Shown piece by piece: positions 39,329 through 50,030 of a stretch of 64,000 nt of DNA. The stretch is from the NCBI GenBank assembly GCA_963805855.1, contig CAWDVW010000005.1, positions 160,001 to 224,000 on the forward strand, written 5' to 3'. The notes under the pieces were generated by a model. The model made no database searches. It had not been told where the DNA came from and saw only the letters and a program-made list of their open reading frames with translations. The DNA is from Candidatus Dadabacteria bacterium. GTDB lineage: Bacteria; Desulfobacterota_D; UBA1144; Nemesobacterales; CSP1-2. A program made the position numbers and the translations under genes. Each line of letters starts with the position of its first letter. The first letter of the stretch is position 1.

Positions 39329-40162
39329 TTAGGCGTACAATACACTCGCAAAAACCTGACGGTACTCCTTCGTTACTTCGTGATCTTCCCCCAAAAATCT
39401 AAAGATAGCAACACATGCTTTCCTTGAACCGTCATTGTCATAATAACGGTCTTTACGAATCACATCTATGAAACTATCCAATGCATCCCCGAAGTCCTGG
39501 GATCTTAAGCTCTTAATAGCAGATAAGTATCTCTCCCTTACCGCACCCTCTTTTAAGGGCGTGGAATCTTCTAGGTACAAAAACAATTCACCGAATGTTT
39601 TTATCGCTTCCGCCATATCTGAATATTCTGAGGTCGGCCCTATACGATCAACAATTTCTAAAGCCTTTCCGGGGTCTGAGAAGACATATGTTCTAGCGAG
39701 CAATGTAATTGCTAAATCGTTATTTTCTTCGGCAGCGACTACTTCCTCAAGAATTTTCCGTGCCTCGATAATCCTCCCTTCATCGAGCAAACGCTGCGCA
39801 TCTTTTATCTGATTATGAAACTTACTGGGCAGTGCTTTGATTAGCCAGCCTCTCACCATGTTCTCAGGCAGTGCGCCTATAAACCCGTCCACAACCTTCC
39901 CGTCAACAAAGAGCTTCACATTTGGTATACTTCGAATACCATAACGAGCCGAAAGCTCAGGGTGTTTGTCCGTGTTCAGCTTTGCTAAAGCCCACCTGTC
40001 GTTGCTTTCTTCAGCTAACCTTTCAAGGACGGGTCCCAAAACCCTGCAAGGACCACACCATTCCGCCCAGAAGTCCACCAGCACAGGCATGCTGTAACTT
40101 CTTTCAAGAACATCTTTTTCGAAGTTATCAGTGTCGTAATTTGCGGAAGTCATATTATTCAT
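39329..40162 (-). CDS. Thioredoxin-TPR protein (YbbN/CnoX-like)
   Basis: VDFWAEWCGPC thioredoxin domain plus TPR C-terminus (D..RKA...F..LG...YR). Confidence 0.9.
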   Translation of the reverse strand: MNNMTSANYDTDNFEKDVLERSYSMPVLVDFWAEWCGPCRVLGPVLERLAEESNDRWALAKLNTDKHPELSARYGIRSIPNVKLFVDGKVVDGFIGALPENMVRGWLIKALPSKFHNQIKDAQRLLDEGRIIEARKILEEVVAAEENNDLAITLLARTYVFSDPGKALEIVDRIGPTSEYSDMAEAIKTFGELFLYLEDSTPLKEGAVRERYLSAIKSLRSQDFGDALDSFIDVIRKDRYYDNDGSRKACVAIFRFLGEDHEVTKEYRQVFASVLYA

Positions 40163-40191
40163 TTCTTCACCTCAAAGTTTCATTAATTCAA

Positions 40192-40920
40192 TCATCGTAA
40201 AAAATTATTCTTCTCTAAATACTTGAGAATTTGTTTAGCAGATTCTCTTACGGATAGATTCTCGGCTTTAATTATTATTTCCGGATGCTTAGGTCCCTCA
40301 TATTCTATCGAGACCCCTACAAAATTGTCCAACTCCCCGTTCATCGCCTTCCTATATAATCCTCGATTATCATTCCTAATGCAATAATCGAGAGTCACAT
40401 GAACGTATATTTCTATATAATTAATTAGATTTTGTCGGAGATAATTCCTCGTCTCTTCAAAGGGACTTTCGAACGATCCTATGACGCTTGTATTATTATT
40501 TTGAAGTATCTTAATCAAAGAACCTATCTTCTTTATATGTTCTTTCCTGTTCTCGGGAGAGTATCCGATTTCCGGGAATATTTCGCGTATTTTTCTTCCA
40601 TTAAAGTATTCAACCCGAATCTTCCTTTCTTGGAGTTTCTCATATATTGATTGCGAAATTTGAGACTTGCCACATCCTGAAAGACCGGTAAACCACAATA
40701 CTAATGGCTTTGTCTCATGAATCCCAAATTCAACTTTTGCCCATGACCGTTCGTGAATAAAATATACCAACATTTTTAAGAAAGCCTCAATCAGCCCAAT
40801 CTGTAGAGCTATATCAATCCTTTTCGTAATCGCCAATGCAATTATGATAGTTGTTATGGTGGCTGTGACACGCCACGATAGGGTCTTCACGAAACTCCTA
40901 ATCTTTGTCTCTATGATCAT
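40192..40920 (-). CDS. cysC: DUF2061-adenylyl-sulfate kinase fusion
   Basis: RSFVKTLSWRV...YFIHERSW (DUF2061); WFTGLSGCGKS P-loop; GLYRKAMNGE..NFVGV...YE.P..PE. Start after a GGAGG RBS. Confidence 0.8.
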   Translation of the reverse strand: MIIETKIRSFVKTLSWRVTATITTIIIALAITKRIDIALQIGLIEAFLKMLVYFIHERSWAKVEFGIHETKPLVLWFTGLSGCGKSQISQSIYEKLQERKIRVEYFNGRKIREIFPEIGYSPENRKEHIKKIGSLIKILQNNNTSVIGSFESPFEETRNYLRQNLINYIEIYVHVTLDYCIRNDNRGLYRKAMNGELDNFVGVSIEYEGPKHPEIIIKAENLSVRESAKQILKYLEKNNFLR

Positions 40921-41454
40921 CGATATCTCCTCCAAAACTTTTATGGAAATCACCAGAAATATTAACCATTGCTATTCGCTATTTCACGGTCCGCGCTCCA
41001 GAAGAAGGATTGTACTATGCCGAGGAGTAGCTATCTCTTCATTCGTAAATTATTTCCCATTTGTTCCTGAATTTCCGTGGGCAACAATTACATCATCCAA
41101 GTTATAAAACCCGAAAAGAGAATGAACTAGGAGTCAAATACTCATTGTCCAAGACAAAGGATGTTAAGGTATGTGTTATTTTCTCTTCTGAAAAAAGGGG
41201 AGCATTAGCGACAAATGTCAAACAGATGTAGAGAAAAAATCGAAAACCCATAGGATCTAGCAATCGCTTCGGTAGATACTATAACAGTGAAGATTTAATT
41301 AGCAAACAAATCCTAGCAGAACCGGACAAAATCAAGTTTAAGACGATCCAACGGAAGATGAAAGTTCCTTATCGGATTCACTCGACATTAGCGATTCCAA
41401 CCTGTAAAGTGTATATTCTTGATAGACTTAACAGGTGTTAGTGGACCTTAGATA

Positions 41455-41655
41455 ATGAGGACAATAATAATAATGGTCGTCCTGGGATTATCGCTGGGAT
41501 TTCTAGGATGCCCCCAGAAAGACGAGCCCATAGATGATGATCAAGATATCGTGATCGAGGATAACGCCGAAAATGTGCAAGAAGAGGAGACGAAAGAAGA
41601 GGATGAAAAACATATGGATGATCCGGGAGACATCTTGCAAGACCTCACATTCTAA
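41455..41655 (+). CDS. Small acidic lipoprotein
   Basis: Lipobox FLGC after a hydrophobic leader; D/E-rich mature part. Confidence 0.65.
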   Translation: MRTIIIMVVLGLSLGFLGCPQKDEPIDDDQDIVIEDNAENVQEEETKEEDEKHMDDPGDILQDLTF

Positions 41656-41783
41656 CATTATAGATTACTTTCGCGTCCGAAACTTATCCTATCCACATGA
41701 TTGCGATAAATTTTATACTCAGTGTCGCTCCGTTATTCTACTTATCCAACAACCCGGACACTTGATCTAAGAGTAAGAGTCAG

Positions 41784-43340
41784 ATGTTGCTGGACCTGTC
41801 CATAATTCTCCTATACTTTGTCGTTATAATGGTGATAGGGGTCAGGGGACGTTTAAAAAAAGATGTAAGTGTCGAAGAGTATTTTTTAAGCTCTCGATCC
41901 CTTAAGTGGCCGTATATAGCTGTCTCCACAATCGCAACAAATATTCAGGCAAACCACTTTATCGCTATGGCTGGCTCTGCCTATATATTCGGCCTAGCAC
42001 AAGCAAACCTCGAGATTAACGCAATTTTCGGGATTTTAGTTGCCACTTTTATTTTTGTTCCCCTCTACCTACGGATGAGGGTTTTTACAATAACTCAATT
42101 TTTTGAGTTCAAACTGGGTCCAAATATTGCACTTGCCTACTCAATCCTAATGATCATATTATCCTCCTTCTTCTATCTCGGGACCGCCTTGTTCTGGGCC
42201 GCTTATGCAATTGATGGAATCTTCGGCGAACTATTTCATTTTTTAAATACCAACACAGCAATCCGCCTGTGCATTCTAATAGGGCTGACGGGGGTTTTTT
42301 CGTCGATCTATACCTATCTCGGCGGACTGAGAGCCGTCGTTCGCACGGATGTCGTACAATTTTCCCTACTCCTGATAGCCGGTTTAGTCACCCTTCTGGT
42401 GGCAATTCATCACCTTGGTGGATGGTCAAAACTCTGGACTACCACAGGGGATCTAATGCATCTCCATCTTCCAAGTAACCACCGTACACTCCCCTGGGTC
42501 GCTATAATAGGTATGTTGCTCCTTGACCTGAACTATTGGGGTGCGAATCAGGTCATCCTTCAGAGAGCACTCGCAGCCAAAGACCTCAGACACGCACAGA
42601 TTGGATTACTGGTAGGTGGCACGCTCAAATACCTGATGGCACTCATAATCATAATACCCGCTATAGCCCTTGCCGGGATCCTGAGAGATCACCCGCTAAA
42701 AGACCCAGACTTTACATTTCTTACCCTTGTTAACAACTTTCTCCCTAACGGAGTTCGGGGGCTTATTTTGACAGGATTGTTCGCGTCCATCATGAGCACA
42801 TTGGACTCTATTTATAACTCCGTTTCCACACTCTGGTCAATCGATATTTACAAACGACACTTAAGGCCAAAGGCCAAAGAATCCGAAATTGTCAGATCCG
42901 GAAGGCTATCGATCATTGCCGCTTTGATCACCGGAACCCTGTTTGGTTTTGTCGTCGTTTATGTTAAGCTCGGGAATCCAACCTTTCCATTGACCCACTG
43001 GTTCAATGAGCTCTCCTATTATGTTAAGAATAGCTTCGTTCTTATCATATGCGCGGCTGTTTTCCTGGTTAGTCCCTCGCGCCGTCTCGTTCTTCTCGCT
43101 ATGCTATTCAGTGTCTTTCTGAACATCTCTTTCAAAGCTGCATTTCCAGAGATGAATTACTTCGTGAGGTCGGCCTGGGTTATTGTGATAAGCTTTGCGA
43201 TGGTCGCTTTACCAACAACGTTCAGGAATGGATGGAATTTACAAAAGGATAGTCTTTTTGTTATCTCAAGTAACTTCGTTGCGAAATTTGGCGTTCTATT
43301 AGCAGTATCACCTGTAGTCGTCCACATTATATTCCACTGA
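41784..43340 (+). CDS. Sodium:solute symporter (SLC5/SSS family)
   Basis: EYFL..RSL.W, ATNI, YTYLGGLRAVV.TDVVQ, YWGANQVILQRALAAK, ASIMSTLDS..NS.STL..IDIY. Confidence 0.93.
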   Translation: MLLDLSIILLYFVVIMVIGVRGRLKKDVSVEEYFLSSRSLKWPYIAVSTIATNIQANHFIAMAGSAYIFGLAQANLEINAIFGILVATFIFVPLYLRMRVFTITQFFEFKLGPNIALAYSILMIILSSFFYLGTALFWAAYAIDGIFGELFHFLNTNTAIRLCILIGLTGVFSSIYTYLGGLRAVVRTDVVQFSLLLIAGLVTLLVAIHHLGGWSKLWTTTGDLMHLHLPSNHRTLPWVAIIGMLLLDLNYWGANQVILQRALAAKDLRHAQIGLLVGGTLKYLMALIIIIPAIALAGILRDHPLKDPDFTFLTLVNNFLPNGVRGLILTGLFASIMSTLDSIYNSVSTLWSIDIYKRHLRPKAKESEIVRSGRLSIIAALITGTLFGFVVVYVKLGNPTFPLTHWFNELSYYVKNSFVLIICAAVFLVSPSRRLVLLAMLFSVFLNISFKAAFPEMNYFVRSAWVIVISFAMVALPTTFRNGWNLQKDSLFVISSNFVAKFGVLLAVSPVVVHIIFH

Positions 43341-43364
43341 CAACAAAGGCGAACCCTTCATTGA

Positions 43365-44444
43365 TTATGGCAAGACCGATGAGGCATCTATTTCGACTGC
43401 AGATGAAAAAACTCGCCTGCATATTGCCTTTGCCAGCTCCATGGTTCGGCCTTCGCTTCCAATAAAGGCAACATGGAAATGAACCGGGATGCATAGAAGC
43501 TGAAGGGCTGCTAATCGGAAGTCGCGAACAGCCTCTTCCCAGGAATAGTCCCTAACTCCCTCTCTTATAAGAGCGTCATACCAATGGCGAAGCACCCCCA
43601 ATTGATGACCGCTGCGCTCGGAGGGTAACTCGCTTCCACCGATAATCCGGGCTACATCAAAGGCGCCTATGCTACGAATTGCAAGCTGCCAATCCAAGAT
43701 CAGTACAGCCTCATCAGAATTTGGGTCACCAAATAATAAGTTGTCCTCTCTCAGATCGGTATGCACTATGGTTTTCGGCCGTTTCTCTATCTCGTTCTCA
43801 AGCCAGGATATTGAATTTCCTAATCTCTCACCAACTTCGAGCCCCTCTTTATCAACATAAGAGCCAAAGTGACTGACGAATGATACCCATTTCTCCTGAT
43901 AGTCTTTACCAACAGCGTTTGTGGTAGGCATCCATTTGAGCTGCTCCAGTGCAAAGTTATTCCAGTATTTAGCCTGAAGTTTCGCTAATATCTCGACAGT
44001 TGCCATGACCTGTCCCCTATGCATACCAATCACCTGATCACCTGGTGTGTAAGCACTCAGATCCTCCATAACCATGGAATAAGCAGGAGGTTCGTCAATG
44101 GAGAAATAAAGAATCGGAAGCCGAATCGGAACGTAGCCAGCTACTTCTTTATAGAAGCGGATTTCTCGCTGAAATGCATTCAGTTCATCACCAAATCTAT
44201 GCAATGTATCTGATTCGGGCTCGATCTTAACTACAACCGATTTCGGCGCGTCTTTTTCCCCTCTATCATAATCGAGACTCGCCCGGACGACGCTGCTTAA
44301 GAAGCCCCTGCCTCCTCCTAATATTTCCCTTTTCACAGTCTTAACGGTTGACTTCTTTAAGACTCCACCCGCCCTGAGGGCAAAAGTGATCCAGTCAGCC
44401 GTAATTTCCTCGGGATGAAGCGGATTTTTAATTCTCATAATCAA
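43365..44444 (-). CDS. Phosphotransferase (EcKL/DUF227, APH-like)
   Basis: REIRFY, VMEDL, TIVHTDLREDNLLF, ILDWQ. Confidence 0.88.
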   Translation of the reverse strand: MIMRIKNPLHPEEITADWITFALRAGGVLKKSTVKTVKREILGGGRGFLSSVVRASLDYDRGEKDAPKSVVVKIEPESDTLHRFGDELNAFQREIRFYKEVAGYVPIRLPILYFSIDEPPAYSMVMEDLSAYTPGDQVIGMHRGQVMATVEILAKLQAKYWNNFALEQLKWMPTTNAVGKDYQEKWVSFVSHFGSYVDKEGLEVGERLGNSISWLENEIEKRPKTIVHTDLREDNLLFGDPNSDEAVLILDWQLAIRSIGAFDVARIIGGSELPSERSGHQLGVLRHWYDALIREGVRDYSWEEAVRDFRLAALQLLCIPVHFHVAFIGSEGRTMELAKAICRRVFSSAVEIDASSVLP

Positions 44445-44482
44445 ATTTTCTTAAGTCTATTCAAACAGAGCAAAAGAATAAA

Positions 44483-44734
44483 TCATTGTGCATACGCTAT
44501 GCCTTTCTCCACTTGTGTAATAGCCTGGTTGACAAGGTCAATGGCTTTGGCACGGTGACCCCCTTTGTTTGCAGAAGCTATCTGGAGTTCGTTCCTCGCG
44601 TTTCTTAAAGCATTAAGAGCGGCTCTCATATGTGGTTGGTCGGCAGATACCCTGCCGCTGACAAAAAACAGGGAACACACAACGATAATCAAAAATATCT
44701 TTAGAATTATGCGTGAAGACATTCTTCCAGTCAT
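44483..44734 (-). CDS. Small secreted helical protein
   Basis: Signal peptide followed by DQPHMRAAL..L..A..EL..A..NKGGHRAKAI.LV.QAI. Confidence 0.75.
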   Translation of the reverse strand: MTGRMSSRIILKIFLIIVVCSLFFVSGRVSADQPHMRAALNALRNARNELQIASANKGGHRAKAIDLVNQAITQVEKGIAYAQ

Positions 44735-44911
44735 TCTAAGTCCTCCTTAAAAAAATGATAATGAATGCAGGTTGAATAAATATTACACCAACATTATAGA
44801 TGAAGCTACAACCATGAGATATAGATAATTATTGTAAACTCAAAAAGTAGCACAATACCCATCAACTGGTATAAAATCTAAAGTTGTTGATTCGAAAAAT
44901 CAGGAAAAGCG

Positions 44912-45598
44912 ATGATTGTCACAACTCACCAGCCAATCTTTTTACCATGGCCGGGATTTTTCTTTAAGGCGATGAGGGCCGACTGTATGGTTTTACTCGA
45001 TGATGTGCAGTTCCCTCGTGGGCGTGGATGGGTCAACCGCAACCGTCTTAAAAATAAACACGGTGAGATGTGGTTGACAGTACCCGTGTGGAAAAAGGGA
45101 CGGGGGCTTCAGATCATTCGAAATGTCGAAATATCCAATGAGTCAGACTGGCAAAGAAATCACCTTATAAGTATTCGGCAACATTACGCGAATGCTCCAT
45201 ATTTCGATGAATACCTTCCAACATTGGAATCCATTTATCGAGAGAACGATCACTTACTTGTCGAATTAAATTTGCAAATGATCAAATTCAATTGGGAGAA
45301 GCTTTCACTGAAAACCGAATTATATCTGCAGTCTGATCTGGGCGTGGATGGAAATGGTACTGACTTAATCATAAATATTTGTAAACATCTAGGTTCAGAC
45401 TCTTATCTAACTTTTCCCATGGTCGAAAAACATCTTGACGTTCCACTGATGAACAAATCAGGAATACAAATCAAATTCGCTAGCTTTAACCCACCAGTCT
45501 ATCCTCAGCTCTGGGGAGATTTTATTTATAATCTCTCAACGCTTGATATGTTGCTTAACTGCGGGGAGAAAAGTATTGAGATTATTTCTGAGGCATAA
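44912..45598 (+). CDS. WbqC family protein
   Basis: HQP.FLPWPGFF.K, LDDVQF, NRNR.K, WLTVPV, YPQLWG.F..NLS.LD.L.NCG. Confidence 0.93.
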   Translation: MIVTTHQPIFLPWPGFFFKAMRADCMVLLDDVQFPRGRGWVNRNRLKNKHGEMWLTVPVWKKGRGLQIIRNVEISNESDWQRNHLISIRQHYANAPYFDEYLPTLESIYRENDHLLVELNLQMIKFNWEKLSLKTELYLQSDLGVDGNGTDLIINICKHLGSDSYLTFPMVEKHLDVPLMNKSGIQIKFASFNPPVYPQLWGDFIYNLSTLDMLLNCGEKSIEIISEA

Positions 45599-45700
45599 AG
45601 CAATGAAGTGGCTCCCTGGAAGCCTATCCAAGGTCGTAAAGCTATTTAAGGCTCGAGAAAGGACTTCATATCCACTTACTGCGCCGGGTTATTGGCTATT

Positions 45701-46342
45701 CTATGATTTAAATTCCAGTTCAGCGGCTTTTTCTGCAAGTTTAATGATTTCTTTTGAAGCCTTCTGAATGGACCCTGAATCAAACGGGGGTCGGGGATCA
45801 TATTCAATCAGGAGTTGAATCATCTCGGCAACATCCTTGCCGGCAATTTGTGATACTAGATGCAAAGCCATATCAATACCGGCTGACACTCCTGCCGCCG
45901 TAATCACTTTTCCTTGCTGGACAATCCTTTTATTTGAATATTCAGCTCCAAACTGCGTAAGGTGCTCCCTAGCAAACCAGTGAGTTGTTGCTAGTAACCC
46001 CTTCAATATCCCGGCAGCGCCAAGGATCAACGCCCCGGTACATACCGATATGGTCCACTTTGAAGATTCGTGAGCTGCTCTTATCCAATTCAGGATTTCT
46101 TCATCAGCCGATGCAATCAATGTCGCTTTTGTTCCTCCAGGTACGATGATTATTTCCGGTTGTTGCACATCGGAGAGCTTGTAATCAGCGACGAGCGACA
46201 AAGCTCTTGTGTGCGTTCTGACCGGTCCTATTTCCTTGGCAACAAAATGAATCTCTGCCTTTGGAAGGCAGCTCAGGACCTCATACGGCCCGACTGCATC
46301 AAGTGCGGTTATTCCATCATAAATAAGGATTGCAATGTCCAT
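45701..46342 (-). CDS. DJ-1/PfpI family protein
   Basis: LDAVGPYEVL, VPGG, SVCTGALILG, TAAGVSAGID, QLLIEYDP.PPF. Confidence 0.93.
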   Translation of the reverse strand: MDIAILIYDGITALDAVGPYEVLSCLPKAEIHFVAKEIGPVRTHTRALSLVADYKLSDVQQPEIIIVPGGTKATLIASADEEILNWIRAAHESSKWTISVCTGALILGAAGILKGLLATTHWFAREHLTQFGAEYSNKRIVQQGKVITAAGVSAGIDMALHLVSQIAGKDVAEMIQLLIEYDPRPPFDSGSIQKASKEIIKLAEKAAELEFKS

Positions 46343-46452
46343 AATTTCTTCCTTTAAGTTTTTATAACATTTCCCTTAAGATGGATTTATGTCAAATTCC
46401 CCGGACAATTTCCATTATGATATTATCCCATCTTATTCTTAACAAAAATATT

Positions 46453-46488
46453 GGAGTCGCATCGCAACTTTGATTGCTTTGCGACTCC
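46453..46488 (-). terminator. Putative intrinsic terminator
   Basis: GGAGTCGCA...TGCGACTCC hairpin just after the 46506 stop, with a T-rich tail on the minus strand. Confidence 0.6.
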
Positions 46489-46505
46489 GCATTTTATGAG
46501 CGATT

Positions 46506-47066
46506 TTATTCAACGACCAGGTTGGAATTAAGCTTGATCTGGTTCGCGATATTGAATCGATTTGGTGAAGTAGCAGTAACTATCTCATGCACTTTCTGAA
46601 ACTGTTCGGGTGTACCTTTTCCCTTGATAAAGACGGTGTACTTAAGCTCATCATATCCAGGACTTACATTGGGATCTATTCCTAGAAAACCTCGAAGGTC
46701 TATGTCACCTTCGGTCTCGATCCTGACATCCTCGAGCTCTATACCCTGCAGAGCGCAGGCAGCAACGTAACCAACCATCATGCAAGCATTGAGGGCGGAC
46801 AATAGATACTCCTGTGGGTTTGCAAATTTGTTTGTACCGCCGAGCTCATTTGGTTCATCGATGTTTACGGTGAACTCCCTCTCGACAAACTGTCCGCCAA
46901 CCTCAAAACCCTTTACATGAGAATCAGAACGCGTTCCACCCTTCCACTGTGTAGATACGTTCCAATGAGTCATACCCTTGGCCGGATCCTCGGATATTTG
47001 ATTAACAACCTCCCAGATGTACTCAACATCTATACCGTTTACCTTCTTTCCTTCTAACTTATACAT
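46506..47066 (-). CDS. OsmC-like family protein
   Basis: VNGID, DEP.ELGGTN.FANPQEYLL.ALNAC, EGDIDLRGFLG, SP. Confidence 0.9.
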   Translation of the reverse strand: MYKLEGKKVNGIDVEYIWEVVNQISEDPAKGMTHWNVSTQWKGGTRSDSHVKGFEVGGQFVEREFTVNIDEPNELGGTNKFANPQEYLLSALNACMMVGYVAACALQGIELEDVRIETEGDIDLRGFLGIDPNVSPGYDELKYTVFIKGKGTPEQFQKVHEIVTATSPNRFNIANQIKLNSNLVVE

Positions 47067-47129
47067 TTTGTTTTACCTCCGTGTTATTGTTTTCCGTCCA
47101 GTCTATTTTTGAACGGTTGCCATTAAAAA

Positions 47130-47146
47130 TGCAAGGCGCGTGCCAA
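47130..47146 (-). promoter_or_regulatory. Sigma-54 -24/-12 promoter
   Basis: Minus strand TTGGCACGCGCCTTGCA, 64 bp upstream of the OsmC-like start. Confidence 0.85.
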
Positions 47147-47358
47147 CTTTGCAATAATGACGTAACCTACTGAATTCATGTATTAATCTTATGGAGTTTG
47201 AGTCATAGTGCTCTCACGAGATGTCGCAAATTACGAGATATCGTAAATCGATTTCACTATATTTCGTGATTTTTCGGGAAGGTTATAAAAAGATCTAAGT
47301 GGGACAATTGAGCATAGATCTTAATGATCCGGATACACGTAATCGGGTTTGACAACGG

Positions 47359-47814
47359 TCACTCTTTTAAATCGTTATAGGTGCTGTAAACATATGTCGA
47401 TCCATCTTTTTTAATTGCAATGACGTCATATCTTTCTTTAGTGTCCCCTTGCTCCATACCGGGAGAGCCAATAGGCATCCCTGGTACCGCTAGTCCTTTT
47501 ATGTCGGGACGCTCTTCTAATAGGCGTTTTATGTCTTCAGCAGGCACGTGGCCCTCTAAGACATAACCGTCCACGACTGCCGTATGACATGATGCCAATT
47601 CCGACGTAATACCAACCGCCTCTTTCATCGCGGGTAACATCGAGTTGTTTTCAGTTTTCACGGTAAAACCCTGATCTTTTAGATATGAGATCCACTTGTT
47701 ACAGCAACCACAGTGAGGATTCTTATATACGTATATCTCTGATGCCATAGCTTGTGAGTTTATAAATAGAGAAATTACTACAAGGCATATTATCAAGCAA
47801 AAAGTTTTTCCCAT
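47359..47814 (-). CDS. DUF411 (CopG-like) exported metal-binding protein
   Basis: YKNPHCGCC..W, SCHTA.VDGY..EGHVPA, LAVPGMP.GSPGME. Confidence 0.93.
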   Translation of the reverse strand: MGKTFCLIICLVVISLFINSQAMASEIYVYKNPHCGCCNKWISYLKDQGFTVKTENNSMLPAMKEAVGITSELASCHTAVVDGYVLEGHVPAEDIKRLLEERPDIKGLAVPGMPIGSPGMEQGDTKERYDVIAIKKDGSTYVYSTYNDLKE

Positions 47815-47945
47815 CTTATACTCCCATGAAAAATGTCGAAAAAATTGTTTAGACTAGATTGATAAATATACATTAAAAGTTTTGGATAGTCTTCTCATAG
47901 TTGGATCAAGAAAAATCTGACAGCCTTAATTATTAGGGAAAAGTC

Positions 47946-48401
47946 TTAGTTATTTGGACTGCACTTTCCGTCATAATATTCCCAAGCATCACACTTTACA
48001 CCATTTTTGAAGGAGCATGTCCCCTGTTCATTTTCCTTGTTACTGTTGGCCGTGATGACATACTGACCACCGGTTATAGCGCAATATTGAGCAGCAGGAG
48101 TAACATACCCAGTTACCTTTATTCCACCAACAGGGCAATTACTTCGAAACATTGCCCATTCTTCACATTGTCTATTGTCTTCAAATAGGCAAATACCGTA
48201 TTCTCCACCGTCTCCGCGTTTTTCAATGACGACCTTCCCTCCCTTTTTTATGCAATTGGCAGAAGCGGGATTCGGCAAATATGAAGGATGCTTTTCATCT
48301 GTAACTGACTGCGAATTACCATCGGTATCAGTCTCTGAGCAAGCTCCTGAAATCATAACGACCAACAAAACACTTATGATAAAGTTTCTCGTGAATAACA
48401 T
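47946..48401 (-). CDS. DUF333 lipoprotein (two repeats)
   Basis: Lipobox SGAC; NPASANC.KKGG..GEYGIC.F...QCEEWA; second PAAQYC..TGG..C..W. Confidence 0.88.
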   Translation of the reverse strand: MLFTRNFIISVLLVVMISGACSETDTDGNSQSVTDEKHPSYLPNPASANCIKKGGKVVIEKRGDGGEYGICLFEDNRQCEEWAMFRSNCPVGGIKVTGYVTPAAQYCAITGGQYVITANSNKENEQGTCSFKNGVKCDAWEYYDGKCSPNN

Positions 48402-48443
48402 AACTCGGCCTCCCTTTAGGGGCGAAAAAAGTGTTGAGTATGT

Positions 48444-49409
48444 TTATAGCGACAACTTGCTTCCCACGGCGAGCGGGTCGATCACCCTTTCTCCAAAGGC
48501 ATTAATAAGAGAGTGTATGGCTCGCCATCCGGTGCAATGCCCTGGAATGATCACCTTCAATCCAAATTTTTTGAGTTCGTCTATCGTCTCTCCAATCAGA
48601 TCTTCATTCGGATGAACCAGGTGAAGACCGCCAACGAGCGCATAGAGCGGAATATCGGGAAAAAGCTCTCTGGCATGATTGCATATGTTGATTACTCCTG
48701 CATGGGAACAGCCCGTAAATATGGCTAGCCCTTTCCCGTTTACATTGGCGATCATAAATCGTTCGTCCATACATAGGGGATCGGGTTCCCACTCACCGGC
48801 CTCGTTCAATCGGACCTGGTTCACTAATCCCCTTTCAAAGCTTCGGCGAGGTATTTCGCCAGTCAGAAAAAAACTTCCCCCGATAATCTCTTCAGGATTA
48901 TCCGACTCGATAAGATCCATCCCTGCGCTCTGAAGCGCCTGGCGGGATGGCACATCCTGAAGCGGAAGAAGCGTCCCATCCGAAAGGCGTAGCGCTCTCT
49001 TCACGAAGGCGCCAGGATGGACATGAAGCGGTATGCGTCTTTTCTTATTCCCAGAACGAATCATCTTGGCAGCGGTCAGTAGCCCCTCTGAATGGTCAAA
49101 ATGACCATGCGATAGTACGATGGCATCGACCCTTTCGAAGTCGAGCTTCAAGTGACCACCATTTCGTATCAATGCATATGGATCCGGACCGGCATCAAAT
49201 AGTACGGTTCGTTCCTCCGTTGCAAAATGCGCAGTCACAGCGAGACACAGGCCATGGTGGGCGGAGCATAGCGCCTCGCCAGCCAGCTCTTTCATGCCCG
49301 CCGCCATTAGGACTCGGAGCTCGGATGTTACGTGGCCGGGCCTGCTCGAGAGCATGTCCGTCGTATTATCGACTACAACTTGGACCGTAAGTTTGTCTAC
49401 CTGTATCAT
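48444..49409 (-). CDS. MBL fold metallo-hydrolase (7,8-dihydropterin synthase-like)
   Basis: HHGL, LFDAG, LSHGHFDH, TGCSHAG..N, GGLHL, PGHCTG. Confidence 0.9.
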   Translation of the reverse strand: MIQVDKLTVQVVVDNTTDMLSSRPGHVTSELRVLMAAGMKELAGEALCSAHHGLCLAVTAHFATEERTVLFDAGPDPYALIRNGGHLKLDFERVDAIVLSHGHFDHSEGLLTAAKMIRSGNKKRRIPLHVHPGAFVKRALRLSDGTLLPLQDVPSRQALQSAGMDLIESDNPEEIIGGSFFLTGEIPRRSFERGLVNQVRLNEAGEWEPDPLCMDERFMIANVNGKGLAIFTGCSHAGVINICNHARELFPDIPLYALVGGLHLVHPNEDLIGETIDELKKFGLKVIIPGHCTGWRAIHSLINAFGERVIDPLAVGSKLSL

Positions 49410-49562
49410 ATTATCCCGAATTCAACGGATGGAGGAACCCTCCCTAGATGTCGAATCACGTAATTGATATTATATCATGTAAAACCACTCAGACGATGCG
49501 AGGCTCGGATTCAGTCGAATTCCCAATCCCATCGAATTTAGGGGCGATCATCCTCTAACATC

Positions 49563-50030
49563 TTAATCTCCTTTTAAGGCCTTCCAGGTTCTATATTCCT
49601 CATAATCTGGCAGAAGACGGTCGTACTCTCCATTCATCAGTGGAGAAGAGATCATGAAATCGGCTGATGCCCTATTGCATGCAATCGGGATGTTCCAGAC
49701 CACCGCCATGCGCAAAAGGGCTTTCACATCCGGGTCGTGAGGCATTGGTTCTAGCGGATCCCAGAAAAAGATGAGAAAGTCGATATCTCCATCGACAATT
49801 TTAGCGCCAATCTGCTGGTCACCTCCCAGGGGGCCACTCTGAAGTCTTAAAATTTCGAAGCCAAGCTCCTGCTCTAGCACCTTGCCAGTTGTGCCAGTAG
49901 CATAGACCTTGTGATTTGCCAGAAGATCACGATTATATTTGGCCCATTCCAGCAGATCAAGCTTTTTATTATCGTGCGCCACGAGTGCAATCTTCTTATT
50001 GTTTTCCATCACTATTCTTTTGTGTGTCAT
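49563..50030 (-). CDS. mgsA: Methylglyoxal synthase
   Basis: IALVAHDNKK, ATGTTG, SGPLGGDQQIGA, FFWDPL...PHDPDVKALLR. Confidence 0.96.
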   Translation of the reverse strand: MTHKRIVMENNKKIALVAHDNKKLDLLEWAKYNRDLLANHKVYATGTTGKVLEQELGFEILRLQSGPLGGDQQIGAKIVDGDIDFLIFFWDPLEPMPHDPDVKALLRMAVVWNIPIACNRASADFMISSPLMNGEYDRLLPDYEEYRTWKALKGD

